DNA of 64,000 nt from Tubiluchus corallicola (Eukaryota > Animalia > Priapulida). The position numbers and the translations under genes were made by a program. The notes beneath the pieces were generated by a model that was given only the letters and a program-made list of their open reading frames with translations, was not told where the DNA came from and searched no databases. This document shows, in pieces, positions 25,374 through 38,801 of the stretch (position 1 is its first letter; every line of letters begins with the position of its first letter). The stretch is taken from positions 62,001 to 126,000 of the forward strand of contig JAQGDQ010000005.1 of NCBI GenBank assembly GCA_030141605.1. Direction: 5' to 3'.

Positions 25374-26273
25374 CTACCAATTGTCCAAAAAGTCAAATCC
25401 AGTTTTAAGTGAAATGCTACTACTCTCTATGGCTGCCCGTAGCTCTGGCTCTACGGCATTATTATCAACACTTAGTGATTCATCTGGTACGCTAATAACA
25501 TTTACTAAAGACCGGGCTTGCTTTGGAGGAGCAGGAGGTGGTGCCTGTGGTTTGCGCACAACCTGCTGATTCTTTTTCTTCAATGGATGAAAGGACTCTG
25601 ATTGCTTTGAAGATTTTTCTGGATTATTCAAAAAGTGCTCTGAGACGAATTCACTTGAGTTTTCTGTGACAAATGGACGTGGTTTGGCCAGTGATGCTGA
25701 GATCTGTCCCAAAAGATCACTGGTAATGTTCACACTGCTTGTATCGACTGAACTGTTTGGATTCACATAAACTGTTTCGCTACTGTTCGACTGCCAACAT
25801 TCTTCCAACTGCTCACAGGTTGGTCTTATTTTCACATTTTTCTCACTTGGTGCTGTGTCATCTTTATTACAAAAACTCAATTCCATCTGACTGGCTGTTT
25901 TCCAAGAAAATGGTGCTGAATGTTCATCGCGCCATGTTAAACCAGTTGCTTTACTAACACTAACAGAATTTTCCCCATCCCCAATGTCCACCGTAAACCT
26001 ATCACCCGTTTGTAGCACCAGTTTGGGAAAAGTTTCAGGAATCTCAAATGCAGTTTGTCGTTCGTAATTATCATACTGATGGCCAACAACAGTGTTAATT
26101 AGATAGTTGTTGAAAATCTCATCTCTTTCTTTTTCGTTCATGCTATACCAACTTTCGCCGTATTTTGACTTTATTTGTTCTCGATCAGAAATAATCTTCT
26201 TTGACAGGTGATTTACTGAACCAAAATAAGCAGCGAACCTTTCTTCCATTATATGCTCTATGTTTTCTGACAT
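25374..26273 (-). CDS. C1orf198: C1orf198 / DUF4706-family protein, single-exon CDS, 299 aa
   Basis: From MSENIEH (ATG 26273): YFGSVNHLSKKIISDREQIKSKYGESW, LTWRDEHSAPFSWKTASQME and C-terminal LKTGFDFLDNW* match remembered C1orf198 motifs; the upstream 86 codons of the track ORF start at TTG and look non-coding. Confidence 0.92.
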   Translation of the reverse strand: MSENIEHIMEERFAAYFGSVNHLSKKIISDREQIKSKYGESWYSMNEKERDEIFNNYLINTVVGHQYDNYERQTAFEIPETFPKLVLQTGDRFTVDIGDGENSVSVSKATGLTWRDEHSAPFSWKTASQMELSFCNKDDTAPSEKNVKIRPTCEQLEECWQSNSSETVYVNPNSSVDTSSVNITSDLLGQISASLAKPRPFVTENSSEFVSEHFLNNPEKSSKQSESFHPLKKKNQQVVRKPQAPPPAPPKQARSLVNVISVPDESLSVDNNAVEPELRAAIESSSISLKTGFDFLDNW

Positions 26274-27444
26274 TTTCACGATTTTGACACAGTAACACAG
26301 AAATGAGAACAAAAAGGAACTCAGTCCATACCCACTAGTCAATGTAAATAAGAATGAATGACTCACTATCAAGCATAAAGCGCAACGTTGAAAAGAAGGA
26401 AATTTGCAGTATTTGGAGTTGGTTATAAAGCTTAGCAGTAGAGGACAGCACGCAGTAGTAAAATTTCGTACAAGTACTACTTTGGCAGCAATGTGGTATC
26501 CCGCGAGTAGGCGTGAGCATCGAACATTCAAATTCGATTCGAGCGAGTTTATTTAGCTAAAATTTAAAATTCGAATAATTCAGTACTTCAATCACATACG
26601 TTCTTTACCATTAAAACGTTTTTAACATCATGCATTTAGCACAGTTTAGTCGTGATTTCTGTGCACAATTTCTAAACAAACTATTAGTGATTTTAGTGCA
26701 GAACAAAATCGAGTAATATGGGTGATTTTCGTAAGAATTTTTTTACTGGTGGTTTGAAAACTTGTTCGAAAATCATTCGAATATATATATATATATATTA
26801 ATTTTATATTTTTATTTAAAAAGTTGTAAGAAATGATAATTTATATATATATATATATACATCTCTATATTTAAGCAGATAACTCTAAAGACAAGGCCAT
26901 TGCAGTTGGTCATAACCGTGTAGTGTTTCTTTGTGACAAGCAGTAGTTTTTAATCATAGGACAGCTGATAAATATTATTATAAAGTATCATTATAAAATA
27001 TTTGTTAGTAACCTGCCAAAAGTCACGGCCTCTTAGATTTCTTTGCCTTAATCTATTTAATAACAGCGATCATTTTATGTGATTGTACTTTATTTTTAGT
27101 TATGTTGTACTTCAAATTTATTTGTCAGTTAATGTGATTATGACACGTATTAAATCAATAATTATTTTCATGTTTCTTAAATTTATTACAAACACATGTA
27201 CAGAAAATTATACTGACTAACAGCAAAAACATTTTTAATAAAAGTGATTATATTGTTGTAAAGGTAATAATTATAACAATAACTCTAGTTTTCTGGGCAG
27301 TGTGATGACCATTTGCGGCCTAAGGTTTTTCTTTTGCAGCCTGATGGCCTCCCCAATGCCAAAACGTAGCAAGGGTATTAATGATACCAACAGACTGCAA
27401 ATGAAAGACGAGGGATGCAAATGTTCATATTTTTTTAAAAATCG

Positions 27445-27960
27445 ACTTAGTTTTAAAATATAGCTAAAATAATCTAATGCATAAAATATACAAATAGAAC
27501 ATAATTGTTTTTAAGAGTGACTTACATGAAGGTACTATTAGCAGTGAAGTCTAATTTCATAACAATTGCAACTCGGAAATGCGTTGCACAAAAAACAGGC
27601 GCTGTACCTGTTAGTTCAGTTGTGGTGTAGTGCACACGCTTGATCTCATCAAGCTGCACACTTACACTTACTCGCAGCAGTAAACTTGAAATTTTTAAAC
27701 TTAAAATTTGCAGAGGTCTGTGTATCATATTGAATATAGTCCGTAGCACTGTACAACAATTGTCGCAAAATGATCTCGGAATGTCTGTGTTATTAAAAAT
27801 TATGTTCAACTGTGATGTCATCACTAACTGTGCTCATCGGTCATTAATTTTATAATGTTTTGTTTTGTTACCTGTTTAATAATCAGAAACTCTTTGGGAT
27901 CATTATAGGTGTTAACATGTTACCGTACTTCAAAATGGGGTATAATATGAAATAAGAAAA
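27445..27960. mobile_element. Kolobok-type MITE, degenerate copy
   Basis: Shares AGAGTGACTTACATGAA, GCGTTGCACAAAAAACAGGCGCTG, TGTGATGTCA and GTACTTCAAAATGGG blocks with the other copies. Confidence 0.7.
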
Positions 27961-27971
27961 CTATTACGAGT

Positions 27972-28154
<183 letters not shown>

Positions 28155-30449
28155 AAAGCTAATTTAATATGAAACAAGACAATTAAATTTTATTTACCAC
28201 GAAATTCCTTGTCTCTAATAATGCCTTTAGAACGCGTAACTTTCTTTATTATTTTTTCCGATGTTTTTTCAATAGCTTCAGAACGTTACTCAATATGTCA
28301 GTTTTTAGTCTTAATATTTTAAGTTCTTTTTTAAAAAGGCATTTTTGCCCCCATTAAAGCTAGAGAGTGGTACTTTTGCTGACTTAATTGTGCTCCCGTC
28401 ACCCCTGAGCTCCCCCTTAGTTAAGACAGCACTAATGATAGAAACTGCAGTGACAATGCCAAACTATCATGGCCAGTCCCACAAGAGGCAAATCACACTT
28501 ATGTCAAAATGTCTGTGGGATAATGGTACAAAGTACTGAGCCGCGCTATCAACTTGCAAAAACTGTGTGGTGACTGCGAAGTAGCAAATCAGGCAACCAT
28601 CAAAATGAAATAATCGGGCAAGGTAATATTAGAATATTGGTAGCAAGACAAACGAGTGGAATCATTCTCCGCAACTTTAAATAAAAGCTCCTAAAAGTCT
28701 GCCTACGTATCCAAAATAATGCGAATTTTCGGTATAAAACTGCTCTCCTTGGTTTTGAAATACCAGATCTCGAAATGCCTATGGAGTGGATATTGAGGCT
28801 ATCACTATTTTGAAAATTTTTCCATGGCTTGCTGAATTTCGTTCAGGCACTATGGACGTATGAACAGAATTTTAGGAATAATTATCAATTATGTGGTCCG
28901 TAAGGAGCATACTTGCTGCAAGGTCAGTGGAAGCGGCTCGAAGTAACTTCTTCCAGAAGATTGTTGTGCAGTCTCCATGTGCTTCTCCATAAATGGGTTT
29001 TTCCTGTTCGCACGAGTAACACGCTGGAACAAAGCACATAACTATTAGATAGTTACGTTAGTCTTCATCTGTAGAGGTTATTGCTAAGCCACAATATGTC
29101 TACCCATACGTTCATGGTGCTAACTTTCTTTTTACTATACTTTGCTTGTGTAAGAATCGCCGATAGTAGATTGGATACAATTTATACAAGTTGGTTAATC
29201 TGTCCCATCAATACTTTGCTTCAGTACAAGTAAATGCTTCAAATGAATTAAGTTCCCTTAAAGCATACCAACAAACTACCTAAATAACTCTACTGAACTG
29301 TGCTTTGGTAACTGTTTTCGGGAATATGATTAGCTGTGTCTGCAGTAAATTGTTTAATTATAAATTTATTAAAGATACAATGATTTGTAATGTAAGACAT
29401 TAGTTGTAATTTTATTTGAAGGCTTTAAACGCTAAACAGCTGTAAAAAGTATTAGAAAAATATTTTTTACTGTGAACATGTTTGCTGAGCGTGACAATGG
29501 TGATCGCGATGATGATGACCATGTTCGAAATTAGTTGTAGTGTGTAGTATGCTGATTAAATTAGTTCTAACCAAAGCAAGCTCAGGAAAACGTATTCAAC
29601 TATAAAACAACTGTACTATTTTCGTTTAACGAGAGCACTCGCACAGCTACACATGTGTCTGCTCCGACAGCCTCTTCCAGTCACATGTTAGCTGTTTTTG
29701 CTGAAGTGACAAATGAGATCTTCCTGTGGTTTACTCTGTCCATGTAAGAAATTGTCGCTGCTCGTCAACTTGTTTGCTCTTCTGTCCCGTGGCTGATGGA
29801 ACATCGATTCCCGATGCAAGCCCCGAGATGAATGGCAACAGCCTTTTGCTCAAATCCTGATAAAATATTAATGAAACGTCTTAAGAGTGGATCTATAATA
29901 CTGAAATACATACCGCCATGCGAAATGTATACTGAAATACATACCTCCATGCATAATGTACCGTGATCACCATAGTAATTATAATAGAGACCTGCACGCT
30001 TTTTCTGTGACTACAGATCTTTTGATGAGTACACTTAACTTAATTTTTTATACAGGCCCATGTTAATGGTTTTATTAATATTTACCGAGGCACCGCAAGG
30101 TGCATTTAGAATAATTTTCGAATAAGCTCCTATAACACGACATTACTGAAGCACCTACACTTCACCACAAATTATCTATGATAATCAAACTATAATAGGC
30201 TAGATGGACGGGGAAAAGTGTTTGCCCGCTGCATTAAGAAACGGAACTGTAACGACGGCGGGCCATAGTTTGCTTTGGCCTATAAATGATATTACATTTC
30301 CCAGCTGGCCGCTGTCAGAAAAACAAGCGAACGTTAAAAAGACAGGAAACACCGAGATTGTTGTCGTGCAAGAAACCGTTATGTATAGAAGCTAGAAGAG
30401 GGTAAGAGTTAAAGAGAGGAGAGGAGAGTTTAATTAGTTTGATACGTAA

Positions 30450-31745
30450 TCTTTATTTGAAAAAATATATTAAAAATATTTACAAGAAAATGTAAAATAT
30501 GACACCAGGATAAAACGAATATACAGCACTGATATAAAGTTATAGATAAAAATGGTTAATAAAAAGATTGCGGATAAAAGCACAAAGCGCCAAGGCTACT
30601 TATATATGCCTGTTAAAAGATAAATGATTATTAAGATTTACATGTTTTAGGCATTTTTAAAAAGTTTGCTATTCTGAGCACAGACGGTCGGGGGGGGGGG
30701 GGCGGCGCCGAAGATTCTAATTATTCTGTTTGAGAAAAAGTTTTTAAAACAATCATGTCGGCAGTGAGTGGGCTGTAACTTCAAGTAGTGGCACTTGTTA
30801 CATTAGATAAAGGTGTTTTGCTAAAAAAATACATCTTTGTCTATAGCACAGTCTCCTTGTAATATAGGATGACACATTGTTAGATCATAGTGTATTCGAC
30901 GAAGTTCAAGTGGCTCCAGATTTAAAGATGCTAATTGGTCAGGGACAGGTTATGACACACTGCCAAGACTGCACCTAGCAAATAATCAGCGAGTGAAATA
31001 CCGCAAAACATTTTCAACCAAATCAAGATCGTTTAGTAAATAAGGGTTCCAGTTTGGAGTACAATATTCCACTTAGTCTACTACAGGGCGAACATAAGTT
31101 TTGAAAGCAATTAGTAAACTATTTTTATCAGGGAGGCGAAGCATCGAAACAGCATATTGCTAGCACAATAAGCTTTTTTATATTATGTTAATGCAATGTG
31201 TTGAAAATTTTAGGTCATTACTAATTATTACACCTCAGTCCTTAACTTGGTCCTCGGTAAGCAGAATCACACCATCCATTAGATAACCGTTACGTGGATT
31301 TCTTGACCCAATAGGCAAAATAGCACACTTGTTCTTACAGAAATGGGAAGTAGCCGCTTTCATATCCGTACAGCTATTTGGTGAACACTGTGCTGACTTA
31401 AACAGGGGTCTCCACAATTATATAACTTAATGTCGTCTGCGTACATTTTACAACTTCCACTGCCGATTATATCAGGTATATCGTTGGCAAAAGAGACATC
31501 AATAAAGGGCTAATAGCACTACCTTGGGCGACACCAGAAGAGACAGGGATGTAATCGCCTGAGGCGTCACCCACAACAATTTTTTGTGATCGACCCATAA
31601 TAAAACTTTCAATCCATTTACAGTGCAAGACCATTAATACCTATAGCTTTCAATTTTGTAAAAAGTTTTGAGTGAAACAGAATCAAAAGCTTTTTTGATG
31701 TCTACGTGTACTATATCAATAAAGTTTTTATTATTTAAAGCAACA
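30450..31745 (-). mobile_element. 5'-truncated CR1-group LINE (decayed reverse transcriptase and 3' end)
   Basis: Minus strand reads IDIVHVDIKKAFDSVS, VSSGVAQGSAISPLL, MYADDIKLY, AFKTYVRP, LNLEPLELRRI, FKNFFSNRII with frameshifts and stops; AATAAA near the 3' end. Confidence 0.9.
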
Positions 31746-32449
31746 GCCAAATAATACATCGGCTTAAGTTAGTACAAGACGAATGCTTAACAAGGAACCC
31801 GTGCTGTTGTTTGCTAATGTGTGTGGACTTAAAAAAGATAAAATTTCATTACAAAGACAAATTTCCATAATTTTACAGGAAACGAAGAGGAGAGGAGAGG
31901 AGAGCTTTGAGGGAAGAAGAAAGGACATGAGATGAGAATAAAGGATGGAAGAGGGAGTAGGAAAAAAGGGAAGGGAGAACAGAGACGGCGAGGGGAGAGG
32001 AGGGGACAGAACACTGTACTAATTAATTTTGCTGCTGTAGGCGCATTTTATCTGTTTATTTATAGGATAGTATTGATTTCAATATTTTGTCGATAATGTT
32101 AGCTTCGAAGCTAGTGTTTTCTATGTTATAAAACACATAACATGAATTTTACTTACTTTACAAATACCACTATTAATACTATTATTTTATTGAAGTGTGA
32201 ATTATGCTGGCTTTCTCTCATTATGATTTATGTTTTACTGCTAATTTTAAAAACCGATGAGATGAAACTTTTGTCGCGTTTCAATAAATAAATTAGAAAT
32301 GAGATACCGCCATTCAAAATGAGAAGTGAACTTCAAACTATTCGAATAATTCAAAAAAGATGTTATAATCAGGCTCCTCAGTATCATAATCAGTATTTGA
32401 ATGAAATATTAAATGAATTTCGTTCGAACAGACACTATACACTAAGTGA

Positions 32450-33312
32450 CCCATTTCTTTTATAGTCTACACGTCAGTTGTGTAATAGCTTTCACCAAAA
32501 AGGCATTCGCCTGTGGAATTATTTGTCAATTGTAAACAGACAGACTTTCCTTTCTCCATTTGTTTTTAAATGTAGATTGTTGAATGGTTGAACCTATAGG
32601 GAGTTCATACTAAATGAGTGTGTCCCAATAATGATCGATCGAAGTAATGTAGATTCATTGCCAATTTTCACAATTAAAAGGTGATTTGTTTTCCAGGAAT
32701 AAAATCGATGACCTTTCATGTAGCTGTAACAACTCGATTGAGAGTCCCCCCCCCGTCATTTTTTGAGTATTCAAAGTATGACATTCACAGGATACTATTA
32801 TTGGATCAGCTCTATTATTACCGTCACGTAACAACAATTACACTTATTATTTACAACGATGTTTTTCATAAACTCAGATCAGGTCATCCATCCAGTGTCA
32901 TTCTCGTCCAGTTGTTGCGTAACTATATAAAATCTACTAAACGTTTTACTAATTTATTGTACGCGTAATGGTATATTGAATTAACTTGAATTATTTTGAA
33001 TTTTAGATTTTTGAATTAAATGCCAGTCACCAAAAATCTCACACTCTTGTGTGAGCTAATAGGCTGATCTACATTGATTACTGTTTCTGGTACCGCTTCT
33101 GAACTTTGTGGATTTTATATAGGCGTATTTCAATTAAGTATTAACTAATAAATTACTCGTATTTTTGAACTAACTATTTGTGTAATTATTTCCTTGAACT
33201 AACTAGATGTATATCTACCTGTTCTCAACTAAAAAATGTATTTGTTGCACCTAGTGGCAATACTTTCATCAGTAATATTATTATATGGTAATCCATTCAA
33301 AATAAATAAAGT
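32450..33312 (+). mobile_element. possible L2-group LINE 3' remnant
   Basis: QLCNSFHQKGIRLWNYL resembles the L2 ORF2 C-terminal G-x-x-LWN-x-L motif; downstream hairpin CTCACAC..GTGTGAG and AAATAAATAAA tail; interrupted and degenerate. Confidence 0.4.
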
Positions 33313-33375
33313 TTATACATAATAAATAAGTATTATTATTATTAGAAATCATAAAATTAGTTATGGTAACATTAA

Positions 33376-33973
33376 AGGGGAACAGGACCCAATTTGAAAC
33401 TATGGCTCAAAATAATGTAATGTATAGAATGCTGAAAGAGAACGTAATTTTTTAAAGAGTGACTTGCCTGAAAGAATTATTACCACAAATGTTTAATTTC
33501 GCGTTCGCGCCCTATTGCGTGAATTTCGTTATTCGCTACTTATTTGGACAAGGCGCCTGTATCACGGAAACGCATTGTGCAAAAACACTGGCGTTGTCCT
33601 CCCAGTTTAATTCTGGCGTATTGCACATTTGTGGCGAACTCGCATGAAGACACAGCGGTAGACCAGAAATTTTAAATTTTTAAGCATAAATTCGCCTACT
33701 TTTTGTGTAACACAGTTATTGAGGTGCAGCAGCACTATATTTCAAATTTCGCTTTCGCATACACGTGCAGCACGGTAATGGAATGTTTGTGCTGACAAAA
33801 TTATGCACAGTTCTGACGTCACTACTTGCTGCGCTCTCCAGCCACTAATCAAGTTTTAAAGCTATTATTTAATAACAAAAATATGTATTTCAGCATGATT
33901 ATAAGCGTTAACACGTATCCTTTTTATTGCACTTCAAAGTTGAGTAGGGCGTGAGAAATTATCTTGTTTTCCT
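33376..33973. mobile_element. Kolobok-type MITE (TTAA target), full copy
   Basis: TTAA|AGGGGAACAGGA...TCTTGTTTTCCT|TTAA; AG..CT termini with TTAA duplication; internal sequence shared with three other loci. Confidence 0.8.
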
Positions 33974-36329
33974 TTAAACAATCGGAAGAAAAATTCTAAG
34001 CTAAGAGATTCTGAAACACAAATATGTAAAACAGAAGGATCGACCACTATTGATCATATTAAGCATATTTAGCGCATTTTCCACGTCAGTCTAAATGCAA
34101 ATATCGAAAAATTACAAAGTGGTATCCAACTACTCATTATTTCTCACTTGTTAGGCCTACTGATTGGCAACAATTGTCATTGGTTGATTAAATTTTTAAT
34201 ACATTTTAAGTTAATTATTTTTTTCTAGCATAACTCAGTGCCGTAGAGCGTCAGGACACTTTTTGCTGTCGAATTAATTATGTGTGAAGGATTAAAAAGA
34301 GCCTCAATATGTCACAAATCTGTTACTTGCACAGTGCACAAAGCCTGGCATCAGGTAAAACATAGAGACGTATTATAATTATAACAGTTAAATACCCTAA
34401 TTGGAAGACTATTTTGCTGAACTTTTTGTGGGCCATTTCCATTCGTCTAGCTGACCTTTTTTGAAATAAAATTAGAGAGCCGCTGCCAACAATTTTGGCC
34501 AGCTTACTCAACCAAAGCGCCAAAACAATATTTTACCGAAATAACAATACGTGTAATAACATTCTATTAAAACTATGAAGTTTAACATCATTGTGATGTT
34601 AGCAGTTTGGCATATCAGTCGAACAACACTGAAGATGTGAAGTAATGATTTGATAACAACTCTTGTAAAAGAACGGGGTAGTCACCTTCCCTTGCGATAA
34701 TATTCCGACAAATAGTTTGTAGTTACCTCAAAGTAGTATCCCGTTTCCTTGACCCAGATACTAATTTGAGCAAACTAGACAATATTTTGAGGTACTAGCT
34801 TAAAACAACCAGATACCACCTTGAAAGAACCAAATGTGCTTCCGAAAAAGCAAAATAAACCAGATAGTTTGAAGAAAGATGGCATTATACTCATGAAATT
34901 AAGCTAGATATTATCTTAACTATTAGAGTCTATCCTGAGGAAACGCGCTAAATTTATTTTTCTACAATATAATTCCACTATGTAATTCTATAAGTTTCAA
35001 TTGTATTTCCACAGAATATTGTTGTCTTCCCCAAAACAAGAACAAGTGTTTATGCAATGGAAATCTATGCGCATATATAATAAATAGAGTAACTATTGAA
35101 GTAAAGTAAATGATGTTGTTATAGTGCATTCAGCATCTGTAATTACGCAATGTAAAGTGTGTTGGAAAGTAATTACCTTGTATGGTTTCTTAATAAATGA
35201 GTTGGTAACTTGAGAGTCTAGATATGTATTAGTATTTATTTTGTCCTTACTTGGCGCCTATTTATGCTTAAACATGTGTATGCCAGTAAACTGGATTGAC
35301 CCACCTAACTAGTAACTTAATCTTGTTCATAGAAATAACATAAAGAACATAAACTAAAAATTTTATCCTGTTCTCAGAGAATTCAAGCACGGCATCTAAT
35401 TTATTTATGATAATAACAAAAGTGCAAAAACAGAGAATGATATCTTTTGCCGGGTTGCTAATGCCTTGTTCCATTAGCACAGTATGGTTTCACATAACGA
35501 CAAATTCAGCCCATGTTCGAGTAATTCTGATTATTGCATTACGTGTATTACTGGTGAAATTTTAATAAAGATCCAAAACACTATGCGGTACAAAGCATCT
35601 TACCAGCCTATAATAACTAAAAAAAAAAATTTACATAGTTTTATGCAGAATTTTCAGTTTTGACGTTTATAAGGCGCATCAATTAATTCCTTATTTAGGG
35701 GCCAACTATTAAGACTTTCTAGAATGGTTTATAGTAAAGATCCAGACATCTAATCAAACCAATTAAAGTGTGAATTAATTTCAGTGAAAATGCGAAGCAA
35801 AAATCAGTAAATCAGAAAATAAATATATTTACATTAATTATGCTTAAGTTGTCTGAAAAAAACATATAACTAGCCTAAAAATCCTATGAGAAGGCCTATA
35901 CTCTTTTAGCAGAAGTTAAATTAAACCGGCAGAGGCACAACATGTACAGTTATAATAATGAACGCGATTATGCATGGAGATCAATCCAACGATCCGCAAT
36001 TAATTCAGAGTTAATAAATAAGCTATAACACTTTCAGCTGCCTATGTGTGTTGCTGTTCAATGTCAACATTTGCTGTTGAGATACCCTGAACAGCTAAGT
36101 CATGTTATCACAAGCACACATGCTTCTTTAATTTTCTTTTTGTATTTTCTATGACTGATCAGTAATTTACAAACAAACTGTCACATTAGCTTGGGCAACT
36201 TCCTGGATTTTTTCATCCTTTATTTACGTGAATCTGACTTTTTCTTTAATTTGTGAAAATCATAAGAGTGCCACAGTTTTTTTAGTCAAAAGAAAAATGG
36301 TAGAAATTATGTGAAAAATCAATGGCTTA

Positions 36330-36515
36330 ATTACATCTGACAGTCGGATAAACAATAGTTAACTCTGTCAATTGGTGTTACTTCTGGAAGTTTTGGTAAA
36401 TGTGACTTAACATTGCGAAATCTGTGTCACTTCTGGCAAATAACTCTGACAATCGGTTTAACTTCAGGTAAGCATGAGTTAACTGTGGTAATCGGTTTAG
36501 TATTAGGTAAACAAG
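36330..36515. repeat. degenerate minisatellite (~39-bp unit)
   Basis: recurring TAACTCTGACAATCGGTTTA...CTTC(T/A)GG(T/C)AA units. Confidence 0.55.
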
Positions 36516-37814
36516 TCGTTTTCGGAAATACCACCCCCGTCTTACTCTCTCTATAGTCAGTCATTTCCTGTCATATCAATCCTGGCGTGGTACATTTGTA
36601 AGAATACTTGCATGCAGGGGATCCAAATGATGTAGTGCATATCGATTGCTGAGTAGTTCACCGGAGAATGCTGGCCGCACTAACCACGGTTTAGTGAGCA
36701 GAGGAAGAAGCCTTCTTAATAAGTCTAATGAGACTAATACCGGCAGTTAGTTACCGAAATAGTCAGTGCAAGACGAAGATAAGTGCAAGATTAACAAAAC
36801 TGCTCTAACGTGTGTGTCACACTGCAAGTAGCATAATTTTCATATTGACGTGTTTATTTCATTAAAGTAGCAGTAATCAAAAAGTCTGTTTATGCAATTG
36901 TCACGATCTTATTTACAAACGTTTATTTGTAAATTATCTGATATGTGCCATTAAATTGTGAATATTTGGTTTTGAAAGAAGCCACGCGCCTTCAACACAA
37001 GTTGTGTATACAGGTGGGTTAATTTTCGTTTTTAACTTTAGCGTTTTCTCTCTGTAATTGACAATTTCTTCAACTTTTCAGTAATCCCAGTAATCTTAAG
37101 AGGATTTCTGCCATAGTAAATCCTTCGTGGTTTTCTTCCTGGTGCAAAGTGCACATCTTCTGACTTGGCTGATTATTCCAAAGTGAAGGAGAGGCTAAAC
37201 TGATTTGCAGTTGTTTGTAGCCCAATTATTTTTGCCTTAGCAATTCGGTCCGGTTATCAGCCGACGTGATGATATAATAATGGTTATGAAATCTCATGCA
37301 GTGCATGTGTCTCAATAATAACACCATTAATTTATAATCCAGCGCATCACGCCAAGAGCATTTAGGTGTATCATAAAAAAGTTATTTTGACTAGTAAATA
37401 AATATTATAAATAAGTGCCACTTGTCTTGGTGAAATTTCAAATTAATAAAAAACAATGGTTTTGCAATTATAAAACGTGTAAACACTGCAAAAGTATTTG
37501 ATTTTAATTTAATTAATTTTAGAGCTTTTAAGCAAATCGTCAGTACCTTTTAGCTCTTGTACATAGAAAAATTCTCAGACAAAACAAAGTAACCAAATAA
37601 CAATAAATAAAATTGTAAATGATATACTCAGGTTTATTAGTATGCCAGGTAAGGTCACACTTGAAGCTCATAAGAATTCGAATTCTATAATATAGTTATT
37701 ACAAAGGAAATTGTAATTATAAATAGAGTATTTGGAGATATTTACCTGTAATACTTTACTGATACCTATAACAAAATATTAGCATGAATATGCAACAGCT
37801 GTCATGAATTCGAT

Positions 37815-38002
37815 GCAGCGGCTGTGTCATACCCAAGGCTAAAATGGTACCTGCTATTGCTCTGCCTGGCGCGTGGTATTCAGGTAAAAGTGGGGTAATT
37901 ATAGTCTCTGTTATGTAGTTTTAGTTTATTATTGACAGTCGGTCCAAAAGCTCTTTTGAGCTTATGTTAATTGCTCATCCAAAAAGCCGACTTTAAATAT
38001 AG

Positions 38003-38088
<86 letters not shown>
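37815..38088 (+). mobile_element. SINE remnant: core plus retroposon 3' tail ending in (ATT)n
   Basis: GTCATACCCAAGGCTAAAATGGTACC core related to 38680-38801; 37905-38005 is near-identical to the reverse complement of 55195-55292; (ATT)n tail. Confidence 0.65.
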
Positions 38089-38089
<1 letters not shown>

Positions 38090-38679
38090 AAGAAATTTCA
38101 ATATTTTAACTCATTGGCCGTATTCGACTATTTTCTACAATAATTGGAATTTCAAATTATCACACTTGACAGAATGCGTATATATACGAACACTACACTT
38201 GCGCAGCAAAGTGCACATAGTTAATAGGTAATACAGGCGCATATCAGGCATCTGCATAGTAAATAATATTGAGTGTTTTACTGTGGGTGTGCATGCATAA
38301 ATCGAGCTGTCTTTGTGCGCAGGGATGGTTTTGCTATTGCGTGCAATACTCCAAGCAGGCAACACAGGTTTATTGTGTATAATTAGGAATCTATAAACAA
38401 ATGGCGTAGAAGTAATGTCACATCTACTACATGGTTTAATGGCACGTGAAAACATTTGGTTTGCTGCTTTTCTGACAATGAAACACTACGTGAAACGTTT
38501 ACGCCTTATTGTTTACTGAGGATGAGCGTTTTATTTATTCCGTACAAAAACACTGTTGGCATTATAATAATAACAATTTTGTTTAGGACATAGTCCAAAG
38601 GTAACATTTTATGTAATTGAATACTCATTTCCGAGGTTTTCCCGATTATTATCACCTGCCTGTTACTTCGATAAACCTG

Positions 38680-38801
38680 CTTGCTTGGTCGAATAGCCAG
38701 CGGTACCATTTTTTAAGTCTTTGGTGTGGCTCGGTCGGGAGTTGAACCTTAAACCTCCCGTGTGGGAAGCAAGCGTGCTGCCATTGAGTTACGCCACCCG
38801 G
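38680..38801 (-). mobile_element. tRNA-derived SINE 5' part
   Basis: Minus strand: GGTGGCGTAACTCAATGG (A box), GGTTCAACTCC (B box), then CACACCAAAGACTTAAAAAATGGTACC core; no intact tRNA acceptor stem. Confidence 0.75.

Noticed and set aside
26274-26531. 86-aa N-terminal extension of the C1orf198 ORF in the track
   Set aside because: It begins at TTG (a bacterial-style start), has UTR-like composition, and homology starts only after ATG 26273.
36330-36515. CRISPR-like repeat-spacer array
   Set aside because: The units are degenerate tandem repeats without unique spacers, the context is eukaryotic, and there are no cas genes.
38725-38801. Functional tRNA-Gly gene
   Set aside because: The acceptor and anticodon stems do not pair properly and the sequence runs into a SINE core.
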